A stretch of 63,719 nucleotides of DNA, the filler included, from Octopus bimaculoides (Eukaryota): NCBI RefSeq assembly GCF_001194135.2. It is 9 parts of 8 records of this genome, joined end to end, with 100 filler letters (N's around TTAATTAATTAA, not from the genome) between each part and the next. Parts side by side here need not be neighbours in the genome. Positions count along the whole stretch, not along the records: positions 1 to 26,517 come from NC_068983.1; positions 26,618 to 32,564 come from NC_068994.1; positions 32,665 to 43,621 come from NC_068991.1; 6 more parts are not named here. One strand, written 5' to 3'. Position numbers and translations under genes: made by a program. The notes beneath the pieces were generated by a model, which was given only the letters and a program-made list of their open reading frames with translations, was not told the origin of the DNA and searched no databases. This document shows positions 23,848 through 34,585 of this stretch, one piece after another. Position 1 is the first letter of the stretch. Each line of letters opens with the position of its first letter.

Positions 23848-24220
23848 TCATCATCATCATCATCATCGTTTAACGTCCGCTTTCTATGCTAGCATGGGTT
23901 GGACGAGTTGACTGACAACTGGTGAACCAGATGGCTACACCAGGCTCCAATCTGATCTGGCACAGTTTTTACAGCTGGATGCCCTTCCTAACGCCAACCA
24001 CTCCGAGAGTGTAATGGGCGCTTTTATGTGCCACTGGTACGAAGGCCAGTCAGACGGTACTGGCAACGGCCACGCTCAAAATGGTGTATTTTACGTGCCA
24101 CCTGCACAGGAGCCAATCCAGCGGCACTGGCAATGATCTCATTGGAATGTTTTTCACGTGCCAGTAAGGTGACGCTGGTAACGATCGCGCTCAAATGGTG
24201 CTATTTACGTGCCACTGGCA
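23848..24220 (-). mobile_element. Family C long copy
   Basis: CATCATCATCGTTTAACGTCCGCTTTCTATGCTAGCATGGGTTGGACG...CCTAACGCCAACCACTCCGAGAG. Confidence 0.85.
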
Positions 24221-24290
24221 ATCTGCAATTTTGTACCAAGACCATATTCAATATTTAACAAGCCTAGTCTAGGGTTACAATCTGGAGTAA

Positions 24291-24515
24291 CCCTTTAGCC
24301 TTCAGCTCACTTTATCAATCAAATGTAATGCTTATTTATTCACATTGTTTTAATTAATCTTGCATTACGTTTTAGCTTCAACATTTCAAAAGATGTGAAT
24401 GTTTTATTCTTAGAACGACATTGTAGGTTCGACGTGAAAGACTGGATCTAGTCAGTTTGAGCATAAATTGGGCAGAATATTTTGGCAGGTTATGGCCTGT
24501 TTCAATGCTAAAGGG
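24291..24515. mobile_element. piggyBac-like MITE
   Basis: GTAA|CCCTTTAGC ... GCTAAAGGG|TTAA: 9-bp TIR with a TTAA-type flank (the left flank is diverged). Confidence 0.6.
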
Positions 24516-24679
24516 TTAACCTTCATACTCTTTCCACTGATGTCTGTTTTGATGTGATTGCCTGACTTGCAGAAGTGACATTGCTCTGTGAATAATGTAT
24601 TCAGCTTCCTGTTCTTAGGTCAGGAAATGTAAAGGCGGTTGGTCTGTTCTTGTGTTCTTGGACTAATGTAATTGATTTG

Positions 24680-25125
24680 GAATCTGAGAGAGGTGGGGAG
24701 AGAAAGAAGGAGGGAGTGAGAGAGGATGAGAGAAAGAGATGGGAAATACAGAGAGAGGGGGGATAGAAAAAGCAGGAGAGAGAGAAAAAACAAAAGGGAG
24801 GGAGAGAGAAAACGAGAGAGAGAGACAGAAAGAGAGGGAGAGACAGTGAGTAGGATGGAGATAGAGAGAGAGGGAGATAGAGAAAGAGAGAGAATATGAG
24901 ATTGAGGGAGAGAAAAAGAGGGTGGAAGACAGTGAGACGGAGGATGATACAGAGAGGGGGCAGACAGAAAGAGAGAGAAAATGAGAGGTGGAGAATGAAA
25001 GAGATACAGAGGTGGAGGTGGAGAAAATGGGATAGAGAGAGAGAAAGCGAAGGAGAGAAAGAGAGAGAAGGGAAAGGAAAGGAAAAGGGAGACAGAGAAG
25101 AAGAGGGAGGGAGAGAGATTCAAGT
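24680..25125. repeat. Purine-rich (GA)-degenerate tract
   Basis: Almost exclusively A/G on the + strand. Confidence 0.9.
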
Positions 25126-25257
25126 TTCAGTTATTTAATGAGAGAGGAACAGAAACACGTGTCAGCCATTGATAGCCTACACCCACCACCCTGTCATCCA
25201 CCCCTTTTGAACTGGCACACATTTTATGTTGTAGAAATATCAGGACACACAGACACT

Positions 25258-25652
25258 GCCATTATCATCATCATCAGTATCGTCATCACTGTCATCATCA
25301 TCATCATCATCATCACCATCATCATCATAATCAGTATCATTATCATCGTCATCAGCATTGTCGTCGTCATCATCATTATCATTATCATCATCACCATTGT
25401 CATCATTGTCATCATCAGCATCACCAACACCATCATCGTTATCATCTTCATCATCATCATCATTGTCATCATCATCGTCCTCCTCATCATCATCATCGTT
25501 GGCGTCGTCGTCATCATTATCATCATCATCATCATCACCACCACCACCACCATAGTTATCTTCATCATCATCATCATCACCATCGTCATTGTAATCATCA
25601 TCATTGTTATCATTATCATCAACATCATCATCATCATCATCATCATCATTTA
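25258..25652. repeat. (CAT)n degenerate trinucleotide array
   Basis: Directly visible; the poly-I/M/S ORFs are artefacts. Confidence 0.9.
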
Positions 25653-26051
25653 TTACAAATCTATTGTAAAATCATTGCCCGCTCCCTTTTGATGCTACAC
25701 CACTTGAATCTGGCCTGCTGGGTCTTCAATACAAATTTCCTGTTTTAGACCTCCTTCAAATTTCATTTTAATTAACAGTTGTCCAAACACCAACTTAATA
25801 ATCCTTTTTTTGCTATAGGCACAATACCCTGAAAGTTTGGGGGAGAGGGCTAGCTGATGACACTGACCCCAACCCATCACTCAACTGGTACTCACTTCAT
25901 TGACCTCGAAAGGATGAAAGGCAAAGGTGACATCAGTGGGATTTGAACACAGAACATGAAAACTAGTGAAATGCTTCTAAGCTTTTGTCTTCTGTCCTAA
26001 CACAAAATCTGCCATCTTGCTGTTTTTAACAAAATAGTTTCACTAACAATG

Positions 26052-26510
26052 GATGCAGGAGTGGCTCTCTGGTAAGAAGCTTCCTGATTAATTTTTTTGC
26101 TAATTATATCAATTAGCAATGTAAAAACAAAATAAATAAAGAATAAAAAATTTGATGCGGAAAAATAAGAAAGAATAAACATGGTGGCAGGGGGAGGTAG
26201 GCGTGGCTGTGGGGTAAGATGTTTGCTTCCCAACCACATGGTTCTGGGTTCAGTCTCACTGCTTGGACCCTTGGGCAAGTATCCTCTACTCTAACCTTGT
26301 TGATGAAAGCTTCGTGAGTGGATTTAGCAGAGAGAAACAGAATTAAGCCAGGAGTGGCTGTGTGGTAAGAAGCTTGCTTCCCAACCACATGGTTCCGGGT
26401 TCAGTGCCACTGCATGGCACCTTGGGCAAGTGTCTTCTACTATAGCCTTGGGTCGACCAAAGCCTTGTGAGCGGATTTGGTAGACAGAAACTGAAAGAAG
26501 CCCATCATAT
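26052..26510 (+). mobile_element. Three consecutive SINE family A heads (partial, diverged, intact)
   Basis: GGAGTGGCT.T.TGGTAAGAAGCTT starts near 26057, about 26200 and 26350; the last runs to GAAAGAAGCCCATCATATATA. Confidence 0.8.
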
Positions 26511-26617
26511 ATATATANNNNNNNNNNNNNNNNNNNNNNNNNNNNNNNNNNNNNNNNNNNNTTAATTAATTAANNNNNNNNNNNNNNNNNNNNNNNNNNN
26601 NNNNNNNNNNNNNNNNN

Positions 26618-28353
26618 ATCGAAACCTTTCGATTGATCCAAATTGATCAGCGCCCACTCCATTCCAGGTTCTTTAACTACCCTGTCAATGATGTAGCGTA
26701 TGAATGCTCCGGCCCGGCACGGCACATGTTTGCAACTTGTCGACCAGTTTCTCGATGACAAGCGCCAACTTCCCTGCTAAGACCTTGGCCAAAATTTTCC
26801 AATCTGCATTAAGCAGAGTGATGGGCCTGAAGTTATCAATGACGTTCCCCTTGTTTGGATCTTTCTTTAGCAGTGTTACAGCTCCTCGGCTCACAAAACT
26901 GGGGATAATCCCGTTTTGCTGCCAGTTGCAGTAGACAGCTGCCAAGCCGCCTCCAAACAAGTCTGGCATGTGACCATAAAGCTCGTAGGGCAGACTGTCC
27001 TAGCCCTGCGATTTATCCCTCAAGCAGTCTGTTATCGCGTCCCGCACATCCGCTGCTGTTATGGCACCTTCATAATACACTGCCTCTCTTGCCGAGAGTC
27101 GTGGCAGGCTATGTAGGTAGGTACTGAAGTCAACCCTGCGTTCTGGCTCGCCAGTTGTCCCGAGCAATCGAGCAAAGCGCTGTTGAAAGGCCTCACACAT
27201 CCTTTTGGGCTCGAGTAATTCGCGCCCCTGTTCATCTTTCAGAGACCGAATAGTGGCTTTGTTGCCTCGTTGTGCCTCTGCCACTCAGGCCTCTCGCGCG
27301 GCTCCAATACCTTCATCTCTTAGAGCACGCATCCTAGCTCTGACAACGCATCCTTCGTGTTTGGCGTTGAAGTGTTGGTCAAGGGCCAACCTCGCCACCA
27401 ATACGTTGGATGCGATGCCAATTCTAATTGCCAGTTCTAGTTTCTTAACTAGATCGCCCTCTATTGTATTCCTATCTATTGCTAGGGATTTACTATACCT
27501 AATAGATTCTGCTTTTATTGATCTTTTGAGGGCAAACCACGATTTGTTGTTGATGATGGCTCCCGTCAAAGTCCTCTTCACTAGTGTGCCAATCCGGTCT
27601 CTGTAAACCTGTCTTGACGGGGAAGACGCGTTCGGCTTCCAGTAACTGGAACCCTGCCTATGTGTCTTACCTAATTGTAGCGTACAAGTCACAAATTTGT
27701 GATCTGTGTAACTGACTATATGAAATTGTAAACACCCTACACTATCTCTATCTACAGTCCTACACAGTATTCTATCTAGATACGATCTCGACGACCCTAT
27801 GCGGTTGCTCCATGTCCACGTTGGCGCATTCGGGTGGTCGAGTCGGTACCTGTCGGACAGTTCAAAGCGTCTGAGCAGGTCTTTGAGGCATTTGCATTCC
27901 CGTCTATTTCTATCAGTACCCACATAGTCAAGATGCGTGTCCAAGGTAGCATTCCAATCCCCCACAAAAATAAATTTCGAGATGTTCCTAGGAATACTTC
28001 TAGACGTTGAAAGAAATCGGACCGACTTGTTAAAGACGGTACATAGACTGATATAAGTCGAAAGGCACACCCATTGCTGCATTCGACGTCTAGGATAATC
28101 AGTCTACCTTCCGGTTCTACGAATATTGTCTTTATTCTGAGATCCAGACTTGCGAAAAAGTACCTCGGTGCCACGTCTGCCCATTCTCGACAGACAGGGA
28201 GAAAAATAAATGTTAAACTGTCCGCCAAACATGGACTTTAGAACCGGTGGATTATGAAATCTGGTCTCACTTATGGCTATGATTTCTAATTTGTATGACT
28301 TGTTTCCAAGGGGACCCCAAGCTACGCGCATTTATACAACCAATCTTAAGCAT
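26618..28353 (-). mobile_element. L1/Tx1-clade LINE ORF2 (APE endonuclease plus RT N-half), frameshifted; 3' part lost in a gap
   Basis: Starts MLKIGCINARSLG (ATG 28353). Motifs include AISETRF, VGDWNA, PTWTWSN..SRSYLDRI, DHKFV, SSYWKPNAS, GAVTLLKKDPNK...NFRPITLLNADWKILAKVLA, LQTCAVPGRSI and INLDQSKGFD. Confidence 0.92.
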
Positions 28354-28439
28354 AATCCTAATGAGGTATGTGTTTTAAACACAAAGGAAAGGGACAGAGA
28401 GTTGCTTACAGTCCGAAATGTTTCCTGTCTCCTCCTTTG

Positions 28440-28988
28440 GTTTTTCCTCGAGGAGGTTACTATATAATTTTTTGGATGAGTATTTTTGAAATTTCCCCAC
28501 TGCATCTGGATATAGGGATTTCAAAGTATGGTGCAGGGCTGGTGTAACATGTAGTATTTTTATTTGTTCTGGTGTGTTGCGTATGGGTGATTGTTCGTTT
28601 TAATGTCTTCATGTGTTATGTTTGTTTTTGTACTGATGTATTCCATCAATATTCTTTGCATTGATGGCTGTGAGCTTTGTTGATGCATATGGTTTTGTGG
28701 TGTTGGTGTTGTTTGTATTTGTGTTCGAAACATTTTCAGAAGTTGTATATCTTCCTGCTTTGTTTGGGTTTGTTGCTCCTTTTCCTCCTTCCTTTTCTGG
28801 CTATTTGCCATTCCGGGGTGGCTGTGTGGTAAGTAGCTTGCTTACCAACCACATGGTTCCGTGTTCAGTCCCACTGCGTGGCATCTTGGGCAAGTGTCTT
28901 CTACTATAGCCTCGGGCCGACCAAATCTTTGTGAGTGGATTTGGGAGACGGAAACTGAAAGAAGCCCGTCGCATATATGTATGTGTGT

Positions 28989-29026
<38 letters not shown>

Positions 29027-29280
29027 TTGTGTCTATTTTTGTCCCCCCCCAACANNNNNNNNNNNNNNNNNNNNNNNNNNNNNNNNNNNNNNNNNNNNNN
29101 NNNNNNNNNNNNNNNNNNNNNNNNNNNNNNNNNNNNNNNNNNNNNNNNNNNNNNNNNNNNNNNNNNNNNNNNNNNNNNNNNNNNNNNNNNNNNNNNNNNN
29201 NNNNNNNNNNNNNNNNNNNNNNNNNNNNNNNNNNNNNNNNNNNNNNNNNNNNNNNNNNNNNNNNNNNNNNNNNNNNNNNN

Positions 29281-29318
<38 letters not shown>

Positions 29319-30127
29319 AAGTGATTTTGTTGTTGCTTTTGTTGAGGCTGGTTGCTGATTGTTTGTTTGTATGTGGTTTATGTGTTATTGGGAAAGTGGG
29401 ATCAGTGTTTTTCTTTTCTTTTGGCTTTTGTGTTTTTGTAGTTCTTACTGATGTTGGTGCTTTTTCTGATGATGTTGGTCTCTCATTTGTTGGTGGTGTT
29501 TTTTCTGTCATAGATGGTGCAGGTGAGTTTGGTTGGTGTGTTTCTTTCGTTGTTCTTTGTTTGTTGTTTAGCTTCTGTGTTGATGGTGGTGTGGGTAGTA
29601 GAGCTTCTGTTTCCCTTCCAGTTTTTTCTTGTTATAGTGGTTGTTGTTTTCGTTGTTTTGTTGCTGGTGGGCATCTAGTTCTTAAGTGTGTTTCGCTGCC
29701 ACACAGGTAACAGCGTGGCCTCCTACCTTCTACCACTACATAGAGCTTATGGCCATCCGGCACCTCAATTAAATTTGGAATGTTATTAATCGAGCCCTGA
29801 TCAATTTGCATCAGGATCTCGATTGATTTTCCAAACCAATTTTGCTGCTCTAAGATAGCTCTCGAGAATGGTCATATTCTCCATTTCAAAACAAATAGCA
29901 GACATCAACCACTGTGTTTCTATTCCTGGAGGAACATTTTTAATTGTAATTTTGGTCACTCGTTGACCCAGATAGCTTGGTATCATTATTAACTCCTCTG
30001 TTTGAAGACTTAGTGTTGACTAACGTTTGGCCTCTTCTTCACTCTTGCAACGTACTTGTACCGTAGCATACTTATTCCACCAATTTATATACGGTTTGTA
30101 ATCCCATATAGAACGCAAACATTTTTC
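28440..30127 (-). mobile_element. L1/Tx1 ORF1 remnant with a CCHC zinc knuckle, interrupted by a SINE and a gap
   Basis: Reverse strand reads ...YATVQVRCKSEEEAKR*STLSLQTEELIMIPSYLGQRVTKITIKNVPP..., LYVVVEGRRPRCYLCGSETHLRTRCP (CX2CX4HX4C at 29712-29671), then a T/K/Q-rich linker. It lies directly upstream of ORF2. Confidence 0.8.
28805..29054 (+). mobile_element. SINE family A inserted into the L1/Tx1 ORF1
   Basis: GGGGTGGCTGTGTGGTAAGTAGCTTGCTTACCAACCACATGGTTCCGTGTTCAGTCCC...GAAAGAAGCCCGTCG-(TG)n-TTTGTCCCCCCCAACA. Confidence 0.88.
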
Positions 30128-30663
30128 GGATCTTTTCGAGTTTTAGAGTTAGGGTTAGTTTTAGGGTTACAGTTAGGGTTATGATTATTTTTGCCATAAC
30201 CTCACTCATAACCCTAACCCTAACCCTAAAACCCTATAACTCATAACCATTACCCTAACCCTAACCCCAACCCTAACCCTAACCCCAACCCTAACCTCAA
30301 CCCTAACCCTAACTCTAAAACCCGAACCCTAACCCTAAAACCCTAAACCCTTACTAGGGAATAATGATATAATTAAACAGGGAATAGCACTCTTGACACC
30401 GGCAAAAATTATTGTTTACAAAAACTGTAGTAACTGTATTCAGCTGAATAGACGTCAGTGGTTGGTTGAAATTACAGAAATACGACAGCTTTAACATGAA
30501 ATAACTTATTAAGAATAAATTTTTGTTAAGACGGCTAAGAGAAAAAGATGTTTTATATGACACATTCTACCAGTATCCCAAGTTTGAAAGCGTTCCGTTA
30601 AGAAAACAAGTGGTGCCCGTCAAATCAGAAATATCCCATTTTTCAATTGATTTTTGGGGTACT
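30128..30663. repeat. Interstitial telomere-like repeats in inverted arrangement, probably part of a non-autonomous DNA element
   Basis: Degenerate (TTAGGG)n at 30145-30182 followed by (CCCTAA)n at about 30208-30352. TCGAGTTTTAGAGTTAGGGTTA is near-perfectly complementary to TAACCCTAACTCTAAAACCCGA. Confidence 0.8.
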
Positions 30664-31637
30664 NNNNNNNNNNNNNNNNNNNNNNNNNNNNNNNNNNNNN
30701 NNNNNNNNNNNNNNNNNNNNNNNNNNNNNNNNNNNNNNNNNNNNNNNNNNNNNNNNNNNNNNNNNNNNNNNNNNNNNNNNNNNNNNNNNNNNNNNNNNNN
30801 NNNNNNNNNNNNNNNNNNNNNNNNNNNNNNNNNNNNNNNNNNNNNNNNNNNNNNNNNNNNNNNNNNNNNNNNNNNNNNNNNNNNNNNNNNNNNNNNNNNN
30901 NNNNNNNNNNNNNNNNNNNNNNNNNNNNNNNNNNNNNNNNNNNNNNNNNNNNNNNNNNNNNNNNNNNNNNNNNNNNNNNNNNNNNNNNNNNNNNNNNNNN
31001 NNNNNNNNNNNNNNNNNNNNNNNNNNNNNNNNNNNNNNNNNNNNNNNNNNNNNNNNNNNNNNNNNNNNNNNNNNNNNNNNNNNNNNNNNNNNNNNNNNNN
31101 NNNNNNNNNNNNNNNNNNNNNNNNNNNNNNNNNNNNNNNNNNNNNNNNNNNNNNNNNNNNNNNNNNNNNNNNNNNNNNNNNNNNNNNNNNNNNNNNNNNN
31201 NNNNNNNNNNNNNNNNNNNNNNNNNNNNNNNNNNNNNNNNNNNNNNNNNNNNNNNNNNNNNNNNNNNNNNNNNNNNNNNNNNNNNNNNNNNNNNNNNNNN
31301 NNNNNNNNNNNNNNNNNNNNNNNNNNNNNNNNNNNNNNNNNNNNNNNNNNNNNNNNNNNNNNNNNNNNNNNNNNNNNNNNNNNNNNNNNNNNNNNNNNNN
31401 NNNNNNNNNNNNNNNNNNNNNNNNNNNNNNNNNNNNNNNNNNNNNNNNNNNNNNNNNNNNNNNNNNNNNNNNNNNNNNNNNNNNNNNNNNNNNNNNNNNN
31501 NNNNNNNNNNNNNNNNNNNNNNNNNNNNNNNNNNNNNNNNNNNNNNNNNNNNNNNNNNNNNNNNNNNNNNNNNNNNNNNNNNNNNNNNNNNNNNNNNNNN
31601 NNNNNNNNNNNNNNNNNNNNNNNNNNNNNNNNNNNNN

Positions 31638-31910
31638 GCTAAGTTACGGGGACATAAACACACCAGCATCGGTTGTCAAGCGATGTTGGGGGGACAAACA
31701 TAGACATACAAACACATACACACATACATATATATATATACACATATACGACAGGCTTCTTTCAGTTTCCGTCTACCAAATCCACTCACAAGGCTTTGGT
31801 CAGCCCGAGGCTATAGTAGAAGACACTTACCCAAGATGCCACGCAGTGGGACTGAACCCGGGACCATGTGGTTGGTAAGCAAGCTACTTACCACACAGCC
31901 ACTCCTACAC
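31638..31910 (-). mobile_element. SINE family A (head, linker, start of tail)
   Basis: Matches 22152-22312 and 28805-29054. Confidence 0.88.
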
Positions 31911-32250
31911 CTATCTATCTATCTATCTTAGACAGACAGACAGATAGATAGATAGATAGATACACACGCACAAATCTGGGGAAAAGTATATCAGTCTGGA
32001 CGTGTGTCAATGTAACTCAGGACAGCAGATGCCTCTTATGTTTATGTAATAAAAATCAGTCAAATGTGTCTGTCGTTTCACGTGTGCAACGTCTTTGTAT
32101 TTTAGCATTAGAAGCTACTTTTACCTAACTGTACTCTAGTTGCAGCTAAAGAGGATCCTTTGAGAGAGTAAACAGACCTTTTGTAATGAATATAGTACAA
32201 GCGAATCTAAATCTTTAATTTAAAAACGTTCTCTGTTTATCTATTTCAAG

Positions 32251-32445
32251 AATATTGCCGAAAATCTATGAACGACAATTCCACATCAGGAATATTTCCA
32301 CATCCTGAACGATGTGACGCTTATATTCAGTGTGTTCCACGCGATGACGGTCCTTTCGCACACGAAAAGATATGCCCTTCACGTCTATACTTTGATCCTC
32401 ACCTTTTAACATGCAATTGGAAGTCGTGCGTGCTATGTGAGAAAG
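32251..32445 (+). CDS. Internal exon encoding a chitin-binding type-2 (CBM14/peritrophin-A) domain
   Basis: tttcaag|AATATTGC...GAGAAAG|gtacgt; 195 nt, phase 1-1, open frame. Translation xYCRKSMNDNSTSGIFPHPERCDAYIQCVPRDDGPFAHEKICPSRLYFDPHLLTCNWKSCVLCEK fits C..HP..C..Y..C..CP..L.F....C.W..V.C. Confidence 0.88.
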
Positions 32446-32488
32446 GTACGTATCATTACGAATGTTTTAACTGTCCAAAACGTGAATA

Positions 32489-32564
<76 letters not shown>

Positions 32565-32664
32565 NNNNNNNNNNNNNNNNNNNNNNNNNNNNNNNNNNNN
32601 NNNNNNNNTTAATTAATTAANNNNNNNNNNNNNNNNNNNNNNNNNNNNNNNNNNNNNNNNNNNN

Positions 32665-32719
<55 letters not shown>

Positions 32720-32838
32720 GCATGTACAAAACGAACTATGTATTATTATCGTCTGCCTTCTTTTCTTCAAACGGGTTTATATTCGGTCAATTCCCTAAAA
32801 CAACACCTATCGAGCATCATGTCATTATTTGTTGTTGT

Positions 32839-32880
<42 letters not shown>

Positions 32881-32904
32881 AACTACTATTATTATTATTA
32901 TTAT

Positions 32905-33370
32905 TATTGAGTGAGAGAGCAGTGCATGCCATCAAAGTGACACTGGGGTACAAATATACGAAGCCCAGTATCCCCATCATGACTACCCGTCTGATAAGGG
33001 TACACCAGGCACATGCATCCCAACCATATGTGCGCGACATGGTGATGCCATATCAAGATAAACAGCGCATGACCTCGCAGGTGGGGCCCATTTAGAATTT
33101 CCTTCAGGTCGAGTAGCCCATCCCGCTCAAAAGGTCCCTGAACAAGGTTTGTTTAAGGATGTTGAGCAAAACACCCATCTTTTCAAAGGTGAATTATTCA
33201 AACTCCAAAGAATTCCTCTCAACACATGGCTACGATGCTCCCCCACTACTTCTGCTCGTGATCAGAGATGCACATATCCTCAGCCACCAAGGGACATGCT
33301 CAACTGGTTAAGGTCAAACAACTGACAAGCAAATCTGTGGTATTAAGCAGAATATTTGCTGTAGCCCATA
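32905..33370. mobile_element. Dispersed repeat of higher GC content, bounded by (TAT)n arrays; family not determined
   Basis: A GC-richer block with no ORF, sandwiched between (TAC/TAT)n at 32830-32905 and (TAT)n at 33370-33450. The repeat status is recalled from octopus genomes and is not shown within this window. Confidence 0.4.
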
Positions 33371-33381
33371 TAATAATAATA

Positions 33382-33453
<72 letters not shown>

Positions 33454-33668
33454 AGAGACTGTTGAATGTGGACTATGAATGTCTTTGAGGTAATTTAGTT
33501 ACAGTCTTTTGTATAATGGGATCAAATCTCTAATTTCAAAGAATTTCTGTTTTCTTTAATCTTTGTCGGTGTCGCTAATCAGTGACATAAGTGCTGATAA
33601 TTAATTGTGGTGGTCATGTGGCGGTATACTTAATATACTTAACGGAATGAATACTTAATTCAACTTTA

Positions 33669-34072
33669 CACCCCTAATGAAAAAAGTCATTAGTGCTAAT
33701 GATAAAATTTGTCAAGAAGGATACGGAAGAGAACTCCGGGATCTAAACTGTTGAAAGCTTGAATGGAGGAACACAATGGGGAATAAGTCTTTGCTAAATA
33801 TAGAAACAGTACCGGCTATGTTTCGGTCTCATTCGACCTCCTCGGTGAAGTATTCCGATATTTGATGATAGTGAAACTAATCTTCCTTGAGGAAATCTAA
33901 TTAGATCAGAAAATGTACTGAGCAGTCTCTGTACTTAACAAAGATCAGACTCAATTCCCATTGCAGACATACATTCAACTATAAATCACTTTGAGATTTG
34001 GAGTTATGTCCCTTATTCTTTTGATAATAATTTGTCATTTGCACTAATGAGTTTCATTTTTCGTAACGAGTG
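33669..34072. mobile_element. TA-flanked MITE with degenerate ~44-bp TIRs
   Basis: TA|CACCCCTAATGAAAAAAGTCATTAGTGCTAATGATAAAATT versus the reverse complement of the right end, CACTCGTTACGAAAAATGAAACTCATTAGTGCAAATGACAAATT|TA. Confidence 0.65.
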
Positions 34073-34214
34073 TACAATTAATTCTTTGAACATTTTTAAC
34101 ACACTACACTAAGTCTGGTAACCCTCATTTAACTCTAAGTTCATTCCACACAGTAATTATCGAGGTCACTATAATCGCTTTGGCCCCACACAACTTGCAT
34201 GGTCTTGTGCCCCA

Positions 34215-34410
34215 TGGGCGGTGAGCTTGCAGAATCGTTTGAGAATTGGATAAATGCTTTGTGATATTCGTACCGGACATTTATATTCTGAGTTCAAATC
34301 TCACTGTCATCAACGTCTCCTGTCGTCCTCTGACGTCGACGAAATAAAGTACCAGTGAAGCAGTGGCCACTCCCCTTGAAATTGCTGGCCTTGTGCCAAA
34401 AGGAGAAAGA
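34215..34410 (+). mobile_element. SINE family B copy (diverged)
   Basis: GGCGGTGAGCTTGCAGAATCGTT...CTGAGTTCAAATCTC...AAATAAAGTACCAG...GAAATTGCTGGCCTTGTGCCAAAA. Confidence 0.65.
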
Positions 34411-34424
34411 ATTGTTACAACAGT

Positions 34425-34430
34425 TGTTGC

Positions 34431-34461
<31 letters not shown>

Positions 34462-34585
34462 GTTGTTCTTCTTCTTCTTCTTCTTCTTCTTCTTCTTCTT
34501 CTTCTTCTTCTTCTTCTTCTTCTTCTTCTTCTTCTTCTTCTTCTTCTTCTTCTTCTTGCTATTGTCGTTACTGTTGTCGTTGTTC
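34425..34585. repeat. (GTT)n-(CTT)n microsatellite
   Basis: Directly visible. Confidence 0.95.

Noticed and set aside
25138-25692. 184-aa Ile-rich hydrophobic ORF
   Set aside because: (CAT)n microsatellite translation.
30145-30352. True chromosome end or telomere
   Set aside because: Short, degenerate and internal, with ordinary sequence on both sides.
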